Source: Anaerolineales bacterium (lineage in GTDB: Bacteria > Chloroflexota > Anaerolineae > Anaerolineales > Villigracilaceae). From it: a stretch of DNA of 64,000 nucleotides. The notes beneath the pieces were generated by a model that was not told the origin of the DNA, searched no databases, and saw only the letters and a program-made list of their open reading frames with translations. The stretch spans positions 2,264 to 66,263 of the forward strand of contig JAXIPJ010000246.1 of assembly GCA_045402985.1 (NCBI GenBank), in the 5' to 3' direction. Below are positions 39,301-49,996 of this stretch, one piece after another; positions within the stretch are counted from its first letter, which is position 1; the number at the start of each line of letters is the position of its first letter. Position numbers and translations under genes: made by a program.

Positions 39301-40759
39301 AAACATTCGCACTGCCCCCCTGCGATTGCGACCGAGCGAGCATCGTACCATCCTTGTGGTTGGCGATCTTATCACTGGATCAATATCCGTTTTTGCTGCA
39401 CTATTTACGTGGAGACAATACAACCTCTCTGTAGGTCTTGCAAATCTGCTTGCTAACGGCATACCTCCAGGCAGGGCTCAACTACAAGTTGAGCAAATGA
39501 ACATCGAAGTGCCATTTTGGTTCTACCTTTTGCCGATCATTTGGATGCTTCTACTTGTGGAGTTATACGAGCCTCACGCGGCCAGCAGTGCGCGCAAAAC
39601 GATGCGGGGGATCGCCATCGCGGCCTTTGTGGGGATCGCGGCCTACTCTCTCGTATTCATCATCCGGCAGGACCCCACGGATCTGCCTCGTATCGGTGTG
39701 GGCGCCTTCCTGCTTTACGCCTCCATCCTGACCTTGACCTGGCGCATGCTATTCATTCGTATCTACAGGACGACAGGTCAACGACGGCGCATCCTGCTGA
39801 TCGGGGCTGGCAAGGCGGGGCAAACTCTTGCCGAACTTTACCAAACAGAAGGGACGCGTTCGTTCCATATCATCGGCTTTATTGATGATGATTTGCAGAA
39901 AGTGGGAAAAAAAATCCAGGGTTTGCCTGTGGTTGGCTCAAGCAAACAATTACTACACATGATCGACGCTTATCGTATTTCAGACCTCGTGGTTGCCATC
40001 AATGGTGAAATACGGGGTGCCACATTTCAAGCGATCCTGGATGCACAGGAAAAAGGCGTGGATGTAACGCGCATGCCAATCCTGTACGAGGAAATGACAA
40101 GCCGCGTACCTGTCCATCACCTCGAATCAGATTGGATCATCCGCTCGTTCGTGGATGAACTGCATGTGAGTGGCTTCTATGATCTGTTTAAGCGCCTCGT
40201 TGACATTTTGGGCGGTGCCGCGGGCTTGCTGATCTTTGCGATCAGTTTTCCGTTCCTAGGGCTGGCTGTTGCAATTGACAGCGGTTTGCCCATCCTGTAT
40301 TCCCAGCCGCGTCTTGGTCGCGGCGGTTTGGTATTTACCATCTATAAATTTCGCACGATGAACCAGGAAGCCGAAGCGGACAATGGCGCGCGTACGACCT
40401 CGGAGAATGATCCGCGCGTGACGCGTGTCGGTGGCTTTTTGCGAAGGTCGCGTCTGGATGAATTGCCTCAGTTCTGGAATGTCCTGCGTGGTGAAATGAG
40501 TCTGGTGGGCCCACGCGCCGAAATACCTGAATTGGTGGCTGATTATCAGAAACAGATTCCGTTCTATCGGGCGCGCCTGCTGGTGAAACCGGGTCTCACC
40601 GGTTGGGCACAGATCAATTACGGATATGTGGCCAGCGTGACGGAGACCGCCGTCAAACTCGAGTACGATCTTTACTATATCAAGCACCGCACATTCACGA
40701 TGGATTTCCAGATCATCCTGCGCACGATCGGAACAGTGCTCCGGCGCACCGGGAGGTAG
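39293..40759 (+). CDS. Priming polyprenyl-phosphate sugar-phosphotransferase (WcaJ/WbaP family)
   Basis: TM region, IGAGKAG, KRLVDI, IYKFRTM, DPRVTRVG, RLDELPQ, GEMSLVGPR, KPGLTGWAQ. Confidence 0.93.
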   Translation: MAENIRTAPLRLRPSEHRTILVVGDLITGSISVFAALFTWRQYNLSVGLANLLANGIPPGRAQLQVEQMNIEVPFWFYLLPIIWMLLLVELYEPHAASSARKTMRGIAIAAFVGIAAYSLVFIIRQDPTDLPRIGVGAFLLYASILTLTWRMLFIRIYRTTGQRRRILLIGAGKAGQTLAELYQTEGTRSFHIIGFIDDDLQKVGKKIQGLPVVGSSKQLLHMIDAYRISDLVVAINGEIRGATFQAILDAQEKGVDVTRMPILYEEMTSRVPVHHLESDWIIRSFVDELHVSGFYDLFKRLVDILGGAAGLLIFAISFPFLGLAVAIDSGLPILYSQPRLGRGGLVFTIYKFRTMNQEAEADNGARTTSENDPRVTRVGGFLRRSRLDELPQFWNVLRGEMSLVGPRAEIPELVADYQKQIPFYRARLLVKPGLTGWAQINYGYVASVTETAVKLEYDLYYIKHRTFTMDFQIILRTIGTVLRRTGR

Positions 40760-40760
40760 A

Positions 40761-41708
40761 TTGAAATATCTTGTCACTGGTGGTGCAGGCTTCATCGGCT
40801 CTCACATCACACGCGCGCTGCTTGACCAGGGCGCGCCTGTGCGTATGTTGGATAACTTCAGTAGTGGGAAACGCGAAAATGTCGAAGCGCTGACTCAACA
40901 ATTTAATGCGACTCAGCTCGAAATCCTCGAAGGAGACGTGCGCGACGCTTCACGCGTGACGGAGGCTGTGCGCGGAGTAGAAGTCATTTTCCACGAAGCT
41001 GCCTTTGTCTCCATACCGCAATCCATGGATGAGCCGCAGGAATGTTTTGACGTGAACATCACCGGCACGTCGCTGTTGTTCGACGCGGCGCGCAAGGCAG
41101 GTGTTAGACGCGCGGTAGTTGCTTCGAGCGCGGCGGTCTATGGGGAGTCTGATGCACTGCCTCTTATCGAAGAAACGCCGCTTCAACCACTGTCGCCTTA
41201 TGCCGTATCCAAGCGCGTGAACGAAATGTATGCAGAATTATTCACCAACTCATTTGGCTTGGAAGTTACCGCGTTGCGATATTTCAATGTCTATGGCCCG
41301 CGTCAACGCCCAGACTCAATGTATGCCGCGGCGGTCCCGATCTTTGCACGCCGATTGCTGGATGGCAACTCTGTGACCATTTTCGGCGATGGCGGTCAGA
41401 CGCGTGATCTAATTAATATTCATGATGTTGTGCGCGCGAATTTGATCGCCTCAGAACACCCGAACGCCGCTGGAAAAATTTTCAATATTTGCACAGGAGT
41501 TGAGACGCGCTTGCTCGATCTACTGGATGTGTTATATCAATTGTTTCCCGACGCGCCCAAGCCCGAATTCGCCACCCCCCGCGCAGGAGATATTTATCGC
41601 TCAGTTGGAAGTCCCCAAAAGGCCCGCGACTTACTAGGCTTCCGCGCACAAGTTCCATTAGCCGATGGTTTGAAAGAAACAGTGGATTGGATGAGCGACA
41701 ATCTCTAA
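40761..41708 (+). CDS. NAD-dependent nucleotide-sugar epimerase (WbpP/GalE-like)
   Basis: TGGAGFIGS, SSAAVYG, YAVSK, RYFNVYGPRQ. Confidence 0.92.
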   Translation: MKYLVTGGAGFIGSHITRALLDQGAPVRMLDNFSSGKRENVEALTQQFNATQLEILEGDVRDASRVTEAVRGVEVIFHEAAFVSIPQSMDEPQECFDVNITGTSLLFDAARKAGVRRAVVASSAAVYGESDALPLIEETPLQPLSPYAVSKRVNEMYAELFTNSFGLEVTALRYFNVYGPRQRPDSMYAAAVPIFARRLLDGNSVTIFGDGGQTRDLINIHDVVRANLIASEHPNAAGKIFNICTGVETRLLDLLDVLYQLFPDAPKPEFATPRAGDIYRSVGSPQKARDLLGFRAQVPLADGLKETVDWMSDNL

Positions 41709-41737
41709 TTCTCCAATCCTCAATTACCAATGACCTC

Positions 41738-43624
41738 ATGAATCCCTCCCGCCCTCACATCCGCAATCGCTTTGTCCTCATCGGCGACATTGCCCTCACC
41801 ATCGTCTCGGTGTTGGGTAGTTTTGCGTTGCGGCTCGATGTGGGTGAACTGCCGAATTATTTCCCCGCTGTTTTATTGATGAGCGCGGTGGCACTGGCAA
41901 TCAAAATTCCCACCTATTATTTTTTTGGTCTCTATCGCCGTTTGTGGATCTATGCCAGCACAGGTGAGTTGCGTTTAATTACGGTTGCAGTCACCTCTGC
42001 CTCTGTTCTCACTTCTGGTGTAATGCTTTTGCTGATCCTGGCAGGATTTGTTGTACCAGGTATGCCGCGCTCCGCTCTTGGTATTGACTGGCTTCTCTCG
42101 CTCGTCTTGATTGGCGGTTCGCGGTTTGCATTGCGCATCCTGGCGGAACAATCCGTGGCGTCGCGTACCAATGGCAAAACCAAACGCGCGCTCATCATCG
42201 GCGCAGGGGACGCAGGTGCGTTGGTGGTGCGCGAACTTCAGAAAACATCACAGCTTAATCTGACTCCTGTCGGTTTTTTGGATGATGACCCAGCGAAACA
42301 GAAACACGCCATTCACGGCGTGACCGTCATCGGGACAGTTAATGATCTATCCGCCGCGATCGAATTGCATCACATTGACGAAGTCATCATTGCCATCCCA
42401 TCTGCACCTGGAAAATTAGTACGGCAGGTCAATAACGTCTGCCGCCCAAGGGGAATCACATCCCGCACCATGCCTGGCATCTATGAACTGATCGGTGGGA
42501 AGGTGCGCGTCAACCGTTTGCGCGAAGTGGATATCACAGACCTCCTACGCCGCGAGCATATACACGTCAACGATGAGGCAGTGGGTGCGGTGCTCGAAGG
42601 AAAACGCGTGCTTGTCACCGGAGCAGGAGGTTCCATCGGACGTGAGTTGTGCCGTCAGATCGCGCGCCGCAATCCTTCTCAACTTGTTTTGTTGGGTCAT
42701 GGCGAAAACAGCATCTTTGAAATTTTTCTTGAAATGGATCAGGATTATCCAAACCTTTTGCTCTCGCCAGTCATTGCAGATGTGCGCAATGTGGAACGGC
42801 TTGCTTCTGTTTTTAAACAGCATGATCCGCATGTTGTCTTTCACGCTGCCGCTCATAAGCATGTCCCATTGATGGAGGCGAATGTTGTCGAAGCCATCAC
42901 GAACAATGTCATTGGTACACACAATATTGTGCAAGCCGCGCTCGCTGCAAACGTTGAACGCTTTGTGCTGATCTCAACTGATAAAGCCGTTCGTCCCTCC
43001 AGCATTTATGGCGCCACCAAGCGCCTCGCAGAAATGATCGTGCTCGACGCTGCACATAGCCACAAACGCGCCTTCACCGTCGTCCGTTTTGGAAATGTAC
43101 TCGGCAGTCGCGGCAGTATCATTCCCATCTTCAAAGGGCAAATTGCGAATGGCGGGCCTGTCACCATCACGCATCCCGACATGTATCGCTTCTTCATGAC
43201 CATCCCCGAGGCGGTCTATCTCGTCCTCCAGGCTGCATCTATGGAAAATGGTGGCGAGACTTTCGTTCTCAACATGGGTCAGCCTGTTCGCATTCTCGAT
43301 CTCGCCGAAGATCTTATCAGGCTCTCCGGACTCGAACCTCATCGCGACATCGAAATTTCATATACTGGCATTCGCCCTGGTGAGAAACTGACCGAAGAAC
43401 TTTGGGATGAAGGGACTCCCCTCGCGCGGACTCTGCATCCAGATATCTTCCGCCTCGACGCGGACGCTTCATCGCCAGGCCTCAACCTGCCTCAAGCTAT
43501 TGACTCTCTCTCCGCCCTCAGCCACTCCGCTGGCCCTGACGCGCTCATCAAACTGCTGGACGAATTGATTCCAGGCTCCTCCATCCGCCAAACGCCGCAT
43601 CCGGATATTACAGCGATCCTATGA
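41738..43624 (+). CDS. Membrane-bound UDP-GlcNAc 4,6-dehydratase (CapD/PglF/WbpM family)
   Basis: TM N-terminus, GAGDAG, TGAGGSIG, HAAAHKHVP, STDKAV, RFGNVLGSRGS, GIRPGEKL. Confidence 0.93.
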   Translation: MNPSRPHIRNRFVLIGDIALTIVSVLGSFALRLDVGELPNYFPAVLLMSAVALAIKIPTYYFFGLYRRLWIYASTGELRLITVAVTSASVLTSGVMLLLILAGFVVPGMPRSALGIDWLLSLVLIGGSRFALRILAEQSVASRTNGKTKRALIIGAGDAGALVVRELQKTSQLNLTPVGFLDDDPAKQKHAIHGVTVIGTVNDLSAAIELHHIDEVIIAIPSAPGKLVRQVNNVCRPRGITSRTMPGIYELIGGKVRVNRLREVDITDLLRREHIHVNDEAVGAVLEGKRVLVTGAGGSIGRELCRQIARRNPSQLVLLGHGENSIFEIFLEMDQDYPNLLLSPVIADVRNVERLASVFKQHDPHVVFHAAAHKHVPLMEANVVEAITNNVIGTHNIVQAALAANVERFVLISTDKAVRPSSIYGATKRLAEMIVLDAAHSHKRAFTVVRFGNVLGSRGSIIPIFKGQIANGGPVTITHPDMYRFFMTIPEAVYLVLQAASMENGGETFVLNMGQPVRILDLAEDLIRLSGLEPHRDIEISYTGIRPGEKLTEELWDEGTPLARTLHPDIFRLDADASSPGLNLPQAIDSLSALSHSAGPDALIKLLDELIPGSSIRQTPHPDITAIL

Positions 43625-43681
43625 GTCAAACGTTGAATGTCAAAAGTCACCGACGTTCGACGTTCGACCTTTGACCCAACC

Positions 43682-44671
43682 ATGCCCATCGTTTCCCTCA
43701 TTGACTGGAATCAATTCCTTTCCTCACATCCCAATACTCACCTGCTACAAACAGGCGAATGGGGCGAGTTGAAATCCGCTTTTGGGTGGAAACCTGTTCG
43801 CATTATTACTGGTGATACAGGTGTTCAAATTTTATTTCGCAAGTTACCGCTTGGATTCACAGTGGGCTATATCCCAAAATCAGTGATCAGAAATCAGTCG
43901 GTGAATGATCAGTTTTGGGATGAAATTGATTTTGTTTCTAAAAAACATCGCGCAATCTTCCTCAAACTAGAACCTGACCAATGGGAAGGCAGGCACACTG
44001 CACCAATTACTAATTACAAATTACTAATTACTTCTCCTCACAACATTCAACCTCCTCGCACCATCATCATTGATATAAATCCCACCGAAGATGAAATCCT
44101 CGCGCGCATGAAACCAAAGACGCGTTACAACATCCGCCTTGCCGAAAAAAAGAGCATAACCGTCCGAGCGTGGGGTGACATCGAATCCTTTCACAAGATG
44201 ATGCTCGTCACTGGTGAGCGCGATAAGTTTGGCGTACACAGTTTGGAATACTATCGTCGTGCATATGAACTGTTTCATCCCAAACAAATGTGTGAAATAT
44301 TGGTCGCTGAATATGAAGGCAGGCCTCTCGCTGCTTTATTCGTCGCTCGAAATGGAAACCGTGCTTATTACTTGTACGGCGCGTCAACAGATGAAGAACG
44401 TAACCGCATGCCGACGTACCTCCTTCAATGGGAAGCGATGAAATGGGCAAAAGCACACGGATGCGAAGAATATGACCTCTGGGGCGTGCCTGACGAGGAC
44501 GAAGCTACACTCGAAGCTAATTTCGAAACGCGACATGACGGCTTGTGGGGAGTCTATCGCTTCAAACGCGGCTTTGGTGGCGAAATCAAACGTGCTATGC
44601 AGGCAATGGATAGAGTCCATAATCCGTTGTTGTATTGGGCTTATTTGCGATTTATTGGGAATAGGGAATAG
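43682..44671 (+). CDS. FemAB/FemX family tRNA-dependent peptidyltransferase
   Basis: HLLQTGEWGELK, KTRYNIRLA, YYLYGAS, LLQWEAM, YDLWG, GVYRFKRGFGG. Confidence 0.9.
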   Translation: MPIVSLIDWNQFLSSHPNTHLLQTGEWGELKSAFGWKPVRIITGDTGVQILFRKLPLGFTVGYIPKSVIRNQSVNDQFWDEIDFVSKKHRAIFLKLEPDQWEGRHTAPITNYKLLITSPHNIQPPRTIIIDINPTEDEILARMKPKTRYNIRLAEKKSITVRAWGDIESFHKMMLVTGERDKFGVHSLEYYRRAYELFHPKQMCEILVAEYEGRPLAALFVARNGNRAYYLYGASTDEERNRMPTYLLQWEAMKWAKAHGCEEYDLWGVPDEDEATLEANFETRHDGLWGVYRFKRGFGGEIKRAMQAMDRVHNPLLYWAYLRFIGNRE

Positions 44672-44674
44672 AAA

Positions 44675-45859
44675 TTGGAAAGTAATATCTGGAATTCCAT
44701 CATCTCAAAACTTCCCAACCCTCACTTCCTCCAAACCTACGAATGGGGACAGGTGAAGGCGAAGTATGGCTGGAGTCCGCTTTACGCGGTGTGGGATGCC
44801 GATGGAAAATGGATAGTGGAAAATGACCCAAGCCAACTTTCTACTTTCCACGCGCCAGTCGCTGCTGCCTTGATTCTAAAACGCCAGATCCTCCGTAACG
44901 GATTCGCCGCGCGCTTATCCATTCTCTATACTCCAAAAGGTCCATTGCTGGATTGGACGAATGAATCCCTGAGAAACCGTGTGCTCGATGATCTACAATC
45001 CTTTGCCAGGAAACAAGGTGCGATCTTTTTGAAAATGGATCCCGATGTGGTGTTGGGAATGGGAGTCCCTAACAGCCAGGATGATGTGCTGGATAACGGC
45101 GGACAGGCTATGATGTCCGAGTTGAAGCGCAGAGGGTGGGGATTTTCGTCGGATCAGATCCAGTTCAAGAACACAGTCCAGGTTGATTTGAATCTATCTG
45201 AAGAAGAATTGCTGGCGCGTATGAAACCGAAGACGCGTTATAACATTCGTTTGGCTGAGAGGAAAGGCGTGTCTGTGCGCGTGGGCACAAAAGATGATTT
45301 GCCGATGCTTTACAAGATATACGTTGAAACATCCGTCCGCGATGGATTTGTGATCCGTGATGAAGGTTATTACAAAACTGTCTGGGAATTATTCATGCCG
45401 AAGACCAATTCTCCAATCTCTAATTCTCCAGTCTCTAATCTCCAATCTCCTTTCACTGAGCCTCTCATCGCCGAAGTAGATGGCCAACCTGTTGCAGCGA
45501 TATTTGTCTTTTATTTCGCGGGTCGCGCATATTATGTCTATGGCATGTCGCGAGATGCTCATCGTGAAAAGATGCCGACCTATCTATTGCAATGGGAAGC
45601 GATGAAGCGCGCAAAAGCAAAAGGTTGTAGTGTCTATGATCTATGGGGTGCGCCAGATGTGTTTGACGAAAGTGACTCCATGTGGGGAGTCTACCGCTTC
45701 AAAGAGGGACTTGGCGGAAAAGTGATTCGCACGCTCGGCGCATGGGACTTCGCGCCGAATCGGCTTTGGTATAAGATGTATTCAGAGATCATTCCGCGCG
45801 TGCTGGATGTGATGCGTTCGCGCGGCAAAGCAAAGACCAGGCAAAATCTTGGTGCGTGA
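44675..45859 (+). CDS. FemAB/FemX family tRNA-dependent peptidyltransferase (second paralogue)
   Basis: HFLQTYEWGQVK, YTPKGP, KTRYNIRLA, LLQWEAM, YDLWG, GVYRFKEGLGG. Confidence 0.9.
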   Translation: MESNIWNSIISKLPNPHFLQTYEWGQVKAKYGWSPLYAVWDADGKWIVENDPSQLSTFHAPVAAALILKRQILRNGFAARLSILYTPKGPLLDWTNESLRNRVLDDLQSFARKQGAIFLKMDPDVVLGMGVPNSQDDVLDNGGQAMMSELKRRGWGFSSDQIQFKNTVQVDLNLSEEELLARMKPKTRYNIRLAERKGVSVRVGTKDDLPMLYKIYVETSVRDGFVIRDEGYYKTVWELFMPKTNSPISNSPVSNLQSPFTEPLIAEVDGQPVAAIFVFYFAGRAYYVYGMSRDAHREKMPTYLLQWEAMKRAKAKGCSVYDLWGAPDVFDESDSMWGVYRFKEGLGGKVIRTLGAWDFAPNRLWYKMYSEIIPRVLDVMRSRGKAKTRQNLGA

Positions 45860-45877
45860 TTTAAAAAATGCTCCGTT

Positions 45878-46025
45878 GGTTGAGTAGGGCGACACTTGCA
45901 CCGCACTGCGTTTGGTGCAGTGCAGGTGAGCCCGTATCGAAACCAACAAATAACAGAAAGAATTTTGCTCATTAGTGGTCTCGGTATGACCTTCGCAAAG
46001 AATGCTCAGGTCTACTCGACCACCA
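45878..46025. repeat. REP-like element (GGTTGAGTAG...CTACTCGACC) carrying nested 36-bp micro-element at 45893-45928
   Basis: Imperfect terminal inverted arms; removing CACTTGCACCGCACTGCGTTTGGTGCAGTGCAGGTG restores hairpin GGGC-GAA-GCCC. Confidence 0.7.
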
Positions 46026-46048
46026 AGTATGACTCAATAGGAAATATC

Positions 46049-47017
46049 ATGAATAATATCCCTCGTTTGCACTTTGCTCATCTCCCAACCCCAATTGAAG
46101 AACTACCGCGTCTGTCAGAAATTCTGGCAGGACCGCGTATCCTGATCAAACGTGATGATCAGACCGGACTCGCTTTCGGTGGTAACAAGACTCGCAAATT
46201 GGAATTTCTCGTTGCTGAAGCTTTGGAGCAGGGCGCGAAGACATTGATCACAGGCGGTGCGTTGCAGTCGAATCATTGTCGTCAAACAGCCGCCGCGGCG
46301 GCGCGCTTTGGCTTGGATTGCATACTTGTGCTCAATGGCGAAATGCCTGAATATGCCTCTTCGAATCTATTGCTGGATAAGTTGTTCGGCGCGCAGATTG
46401 TTAATGTTCGAGATCGCGCAGATCGTGACCAGGCTTTGCAGGAGACATATGATAAAGCCGTTGCAGCTGGGAAAAAGCCTTATCTTGTTACTTATGGTGG
46501 GTCGAGTCCAATAGGTGCGCTAGGGTATGCTTTTGCGATGAAAGAATTTATGGAGCAAAATATTCACGCGGACTGGATCGCGTTCGGCACATCCTCTGGG
46601 GGGACGCACGCGGGGCTTGTATTAGGTCAACGCGTATTTGGATTCAAAGGCAAAGTACTGGGCATTAGCATCGATGAACCAGAGGAATGGTTGAAAACAC
46701 GCGTCTCTGAGTTGGCTTCTGAGGCCAGTGAAAGGCTTGGGAATCGCGTTGAATTTACTCTTGCAGACGTGTCCGCAAATGCCGATTACTGTACAGCAGG
46801 CTATGGCGTATTGACCGATGCGGAGCGCGAAGCGGTTCGATTATTTGCGAAGCATGAGGGGATATTGCTAGATCCTGTTTATACAGGGCGTGCCGCGGCA
46901 GGGATGATTGATCTGATTCGTAAGGGATTTTTCAAAAGGGAAGAAACTATCTTGTTCTGGCACACAGGCGGACAACCCGCGTTGTTTGCGGAAAAATATG
47001 TGCGAAACTTGCTGTAA
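46049..47017 (+). CDS. D-cysteine desulfhydrase / ACC deaminase family PLP enzyme
   Basis: LPTPI, IKRDD, GGNKTRKLEF, QSNH, SSGGTHAG, LDPVYTG, FWHTGG; ATG 46049 preferred. Confidence 0.92.
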   Translation: MNNIPRLHFAHLPTPIEELPRLSEILAGPRILIKRDDQTGLAFGGNKTRKLEFLVAEALEQGAKTLITGGALQSNHCRQTAAAAARFGLDCILVLNGEMPEYASSNLLLDKLFGAQIVNVRDRADRDQALQETYDKAVAAGKKPYLVTYGGSSPIGALGYAFAMKEFMEQNIHADWIAFGTSSGGTHAGLVLGQRVFGFKGKVLGISIDEPEEWLKTRVSELASEASERLGNRVEFTLADVSANADYCTAGYGVLTDAEREAVRLFAKHEGILLDPVYTGRAAAGMIDLIRKGFFKREETILFWHTGGQPALFAEKYVRNLL

Positions 47018-47086
47018 TGGATTCTTTCTTCTTTCCTGCTCAATGAAAGAGGGAAGAAGAAAAGTTGGGTCGAATTTAGTACGACA

Positions 47087-47473
47087 TTATCCTCTCAATC
47101 TATTCGCTCGGTTCATTAAGTCTTGAATTCTCAATAGGAACTGTTTGGAATCAAAAGGATGCGCAATGTAATCATCTAAGGCTGTACCAATAAGTCCCGG
47201 TATTTGGTCATACTCCTGATGATTATCAGTAATCAGCAATACCGGCAGATTTTTCAAGTTTTCGGACATTCTAATCTGTGAATACAATTTCCAGTTTTCC
47301 GTTTGATTATCTGGGAGACCCAAAATAACTATCTCTGGTTTTGTCTCTACTATCATTCGAAAACCTTTTTCAATATTCGTTTCACGGATTATTTGAAAGT
47401 TGTTCTGAATCAGAATATTGTCTATTTGCTTGGCGAGTTGGATGTCATTTTCTAAATACAGAACTTTAATCAT
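47087..47473 (-). CDS. Atypical receiver-domain protein
   Basis: REC pattern (KVLYLEND, PEIVILG, PVLLIT, DDYIAHPF) without phospho-Asp or conserved Lys. Confidence 0.75.
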   Translation of the reverse strand: MIKVLYLENDIQLAKQIDNILIQNNFQIIRETNIEKGFRMIVETKPEIVILGLPDNQTENWKLYSQIRMSENLKNLPVLLITDNHQEYDQIPGLIGTALDDYIAHPFDSKQFLLRIQDLMNRANRLRG

Positions 47474-47487
47474 ATGATTTGTGCGTA

Positions 47488-48858
<1,371 letters not shown>

Positions 48859-48995
48859 TCAAGCAATTTATGATAAGTATAATCCACTTTCGTTGACCTC
48901 CACTGGGGGACAAAACGTCTCACGCGGACCGTGGAGCTGCCTCCGTTAAATAAAAGTTTGCTTCCCCGAATCCCCTCCACGTCGCGCCTGAACGA

Positions 48996-49025
48996 AAAAT
49001 CCGCTTGCCATGGCAAGCGGATTTT
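48996..49025 (+). terminator. Perfect 30-bp palindrome/terminator in LysM gene leader
   Basis: AAAATCCGCTTGCCA|TGGCAAGCGGATTTT. Confidence 0.6.
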
Positions 49026-49130
49026 CATCCCAAGAATAGGAAATTAGTAGGGGAGTAATGTTTTCAGGAACTTTTTGATAGTGAAGTTCATCTACCAGAT
49101 AGATTTTGTAAACAAGACACGGAGGTTTCG

Positions 49131-49883
49131 ATGAACACAAAAAAGTTTTTAAGTTCTATTATTCTTATGGCAGTATTGGTTGCCACGTTTGCATCCAGTA
49201 GCTCTGCATTTGCGGCCGCCGCATGCGACACAGGCGTGATCGTGGTCAGCGGTGACACCCTGCGCAAGATAGCAGAGCGCTGTGGCACGACCGTCTCAGC
49301 CCTGCGATTGGCGAACCCGGAGATCGGCAGTGGTAATCTGATCTACCCCGGCCAGGCACTGCTACTGCCCGGTGCAATTCTGGGTACGGATGGTGGTTTC
49401 TTCATTTACGTCGTTGCACGCGGCGATACTTTGAAGAGCTTGGCGGTGCGCTTTGGCACAACTGTGGATGCGTTGCTGGCAGCAAACAAGAACATCACGA
49501 ATGCCAACTTGATCTATGAAGGTCAACGCCTGACTATATACGTTGGGCCAAATGTTCCCCCGACTACACCAGCGCCCGCTCCTGGTGGGCAGACCTACTA
49601 TGTTCAGCTTGGTGATACCCTGCGCAAGATCGCTGCGAAATTCGGCACCACAGTAGAGGCTATCCAGAGGGTCAACCCGCAGATTACCAACCCGAACGTG
49701 ATCTACACCGGGCAAGCCATCAAACTCCCCGGCGATGTTACAACGCATAGCGTACAGAAAAGCGAAACACTCAGGATCATTGCCAACCGCTATGGCACGA
49801 CCGTGGCTGCCCTGCTGGCGCTCAACCCAAGCATCTGGAATGCCAATTTGATCTATGTTGGTCAGGTCATCCGGGTCCGGTAA
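49131..49883 (+). CDS. Secreted protein with four LysM domains
   Basis: Signal peptide; four V..GDTL..IA...GTTV..L...NP.I...NLIY.GQ repeats; GGAGG RBS. Confidence 0.93.
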   Translation: MNTKKFLSSIILMAVLVATFASSSSAFAAAACDTGVIVVSGDTLRKIAERCGTTVSALRLANPEIGSGNLIYPGQALLLPGAILGTDGGFFIYVVARGDTLKSLAVRFGTTVDALLAANKNITNANLIYEGQRLTIYVGPNVPPTTPAPAPGGQTYYVQLGDTLRKIAAKFGTTVEAIQRVNPQITNPNVIYTGQAIKLPGDVTTHSVQKSETLRIIANRYGTTVAALLALNPSIWNANLIYVGQVIRVR

Positions 49884-49910
49884 TGAGGTTGCTTCCAAGA
49901 CCAAAATGAT

Positions 49911-49947
49911 AGGGACGCATTTTCAAAATGCGTCCCTGTTGTTTTTC
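49911..49947 (+). terminator. Intrinsic terminator after LysM gene
   Basis: AGGGACGCATTTT-C-AAAATGCGTCCCT followed by GTTGTTTTT. Confidence 0.75.
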
Positions 49948-49996
49948 TCTGGATTGAAACGCTGCATATGAGCGTGACCGAAGTGCGCTGAAACTA

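Noticed and set aside
48889-48995. SRP RNA, 6S RNA or c-di-GMP riboswitch
   Set aside because: Lacks the SRP domain IV motif and GEMM GCAAA motifs and is too short for 6S; left as an unassigned candidate
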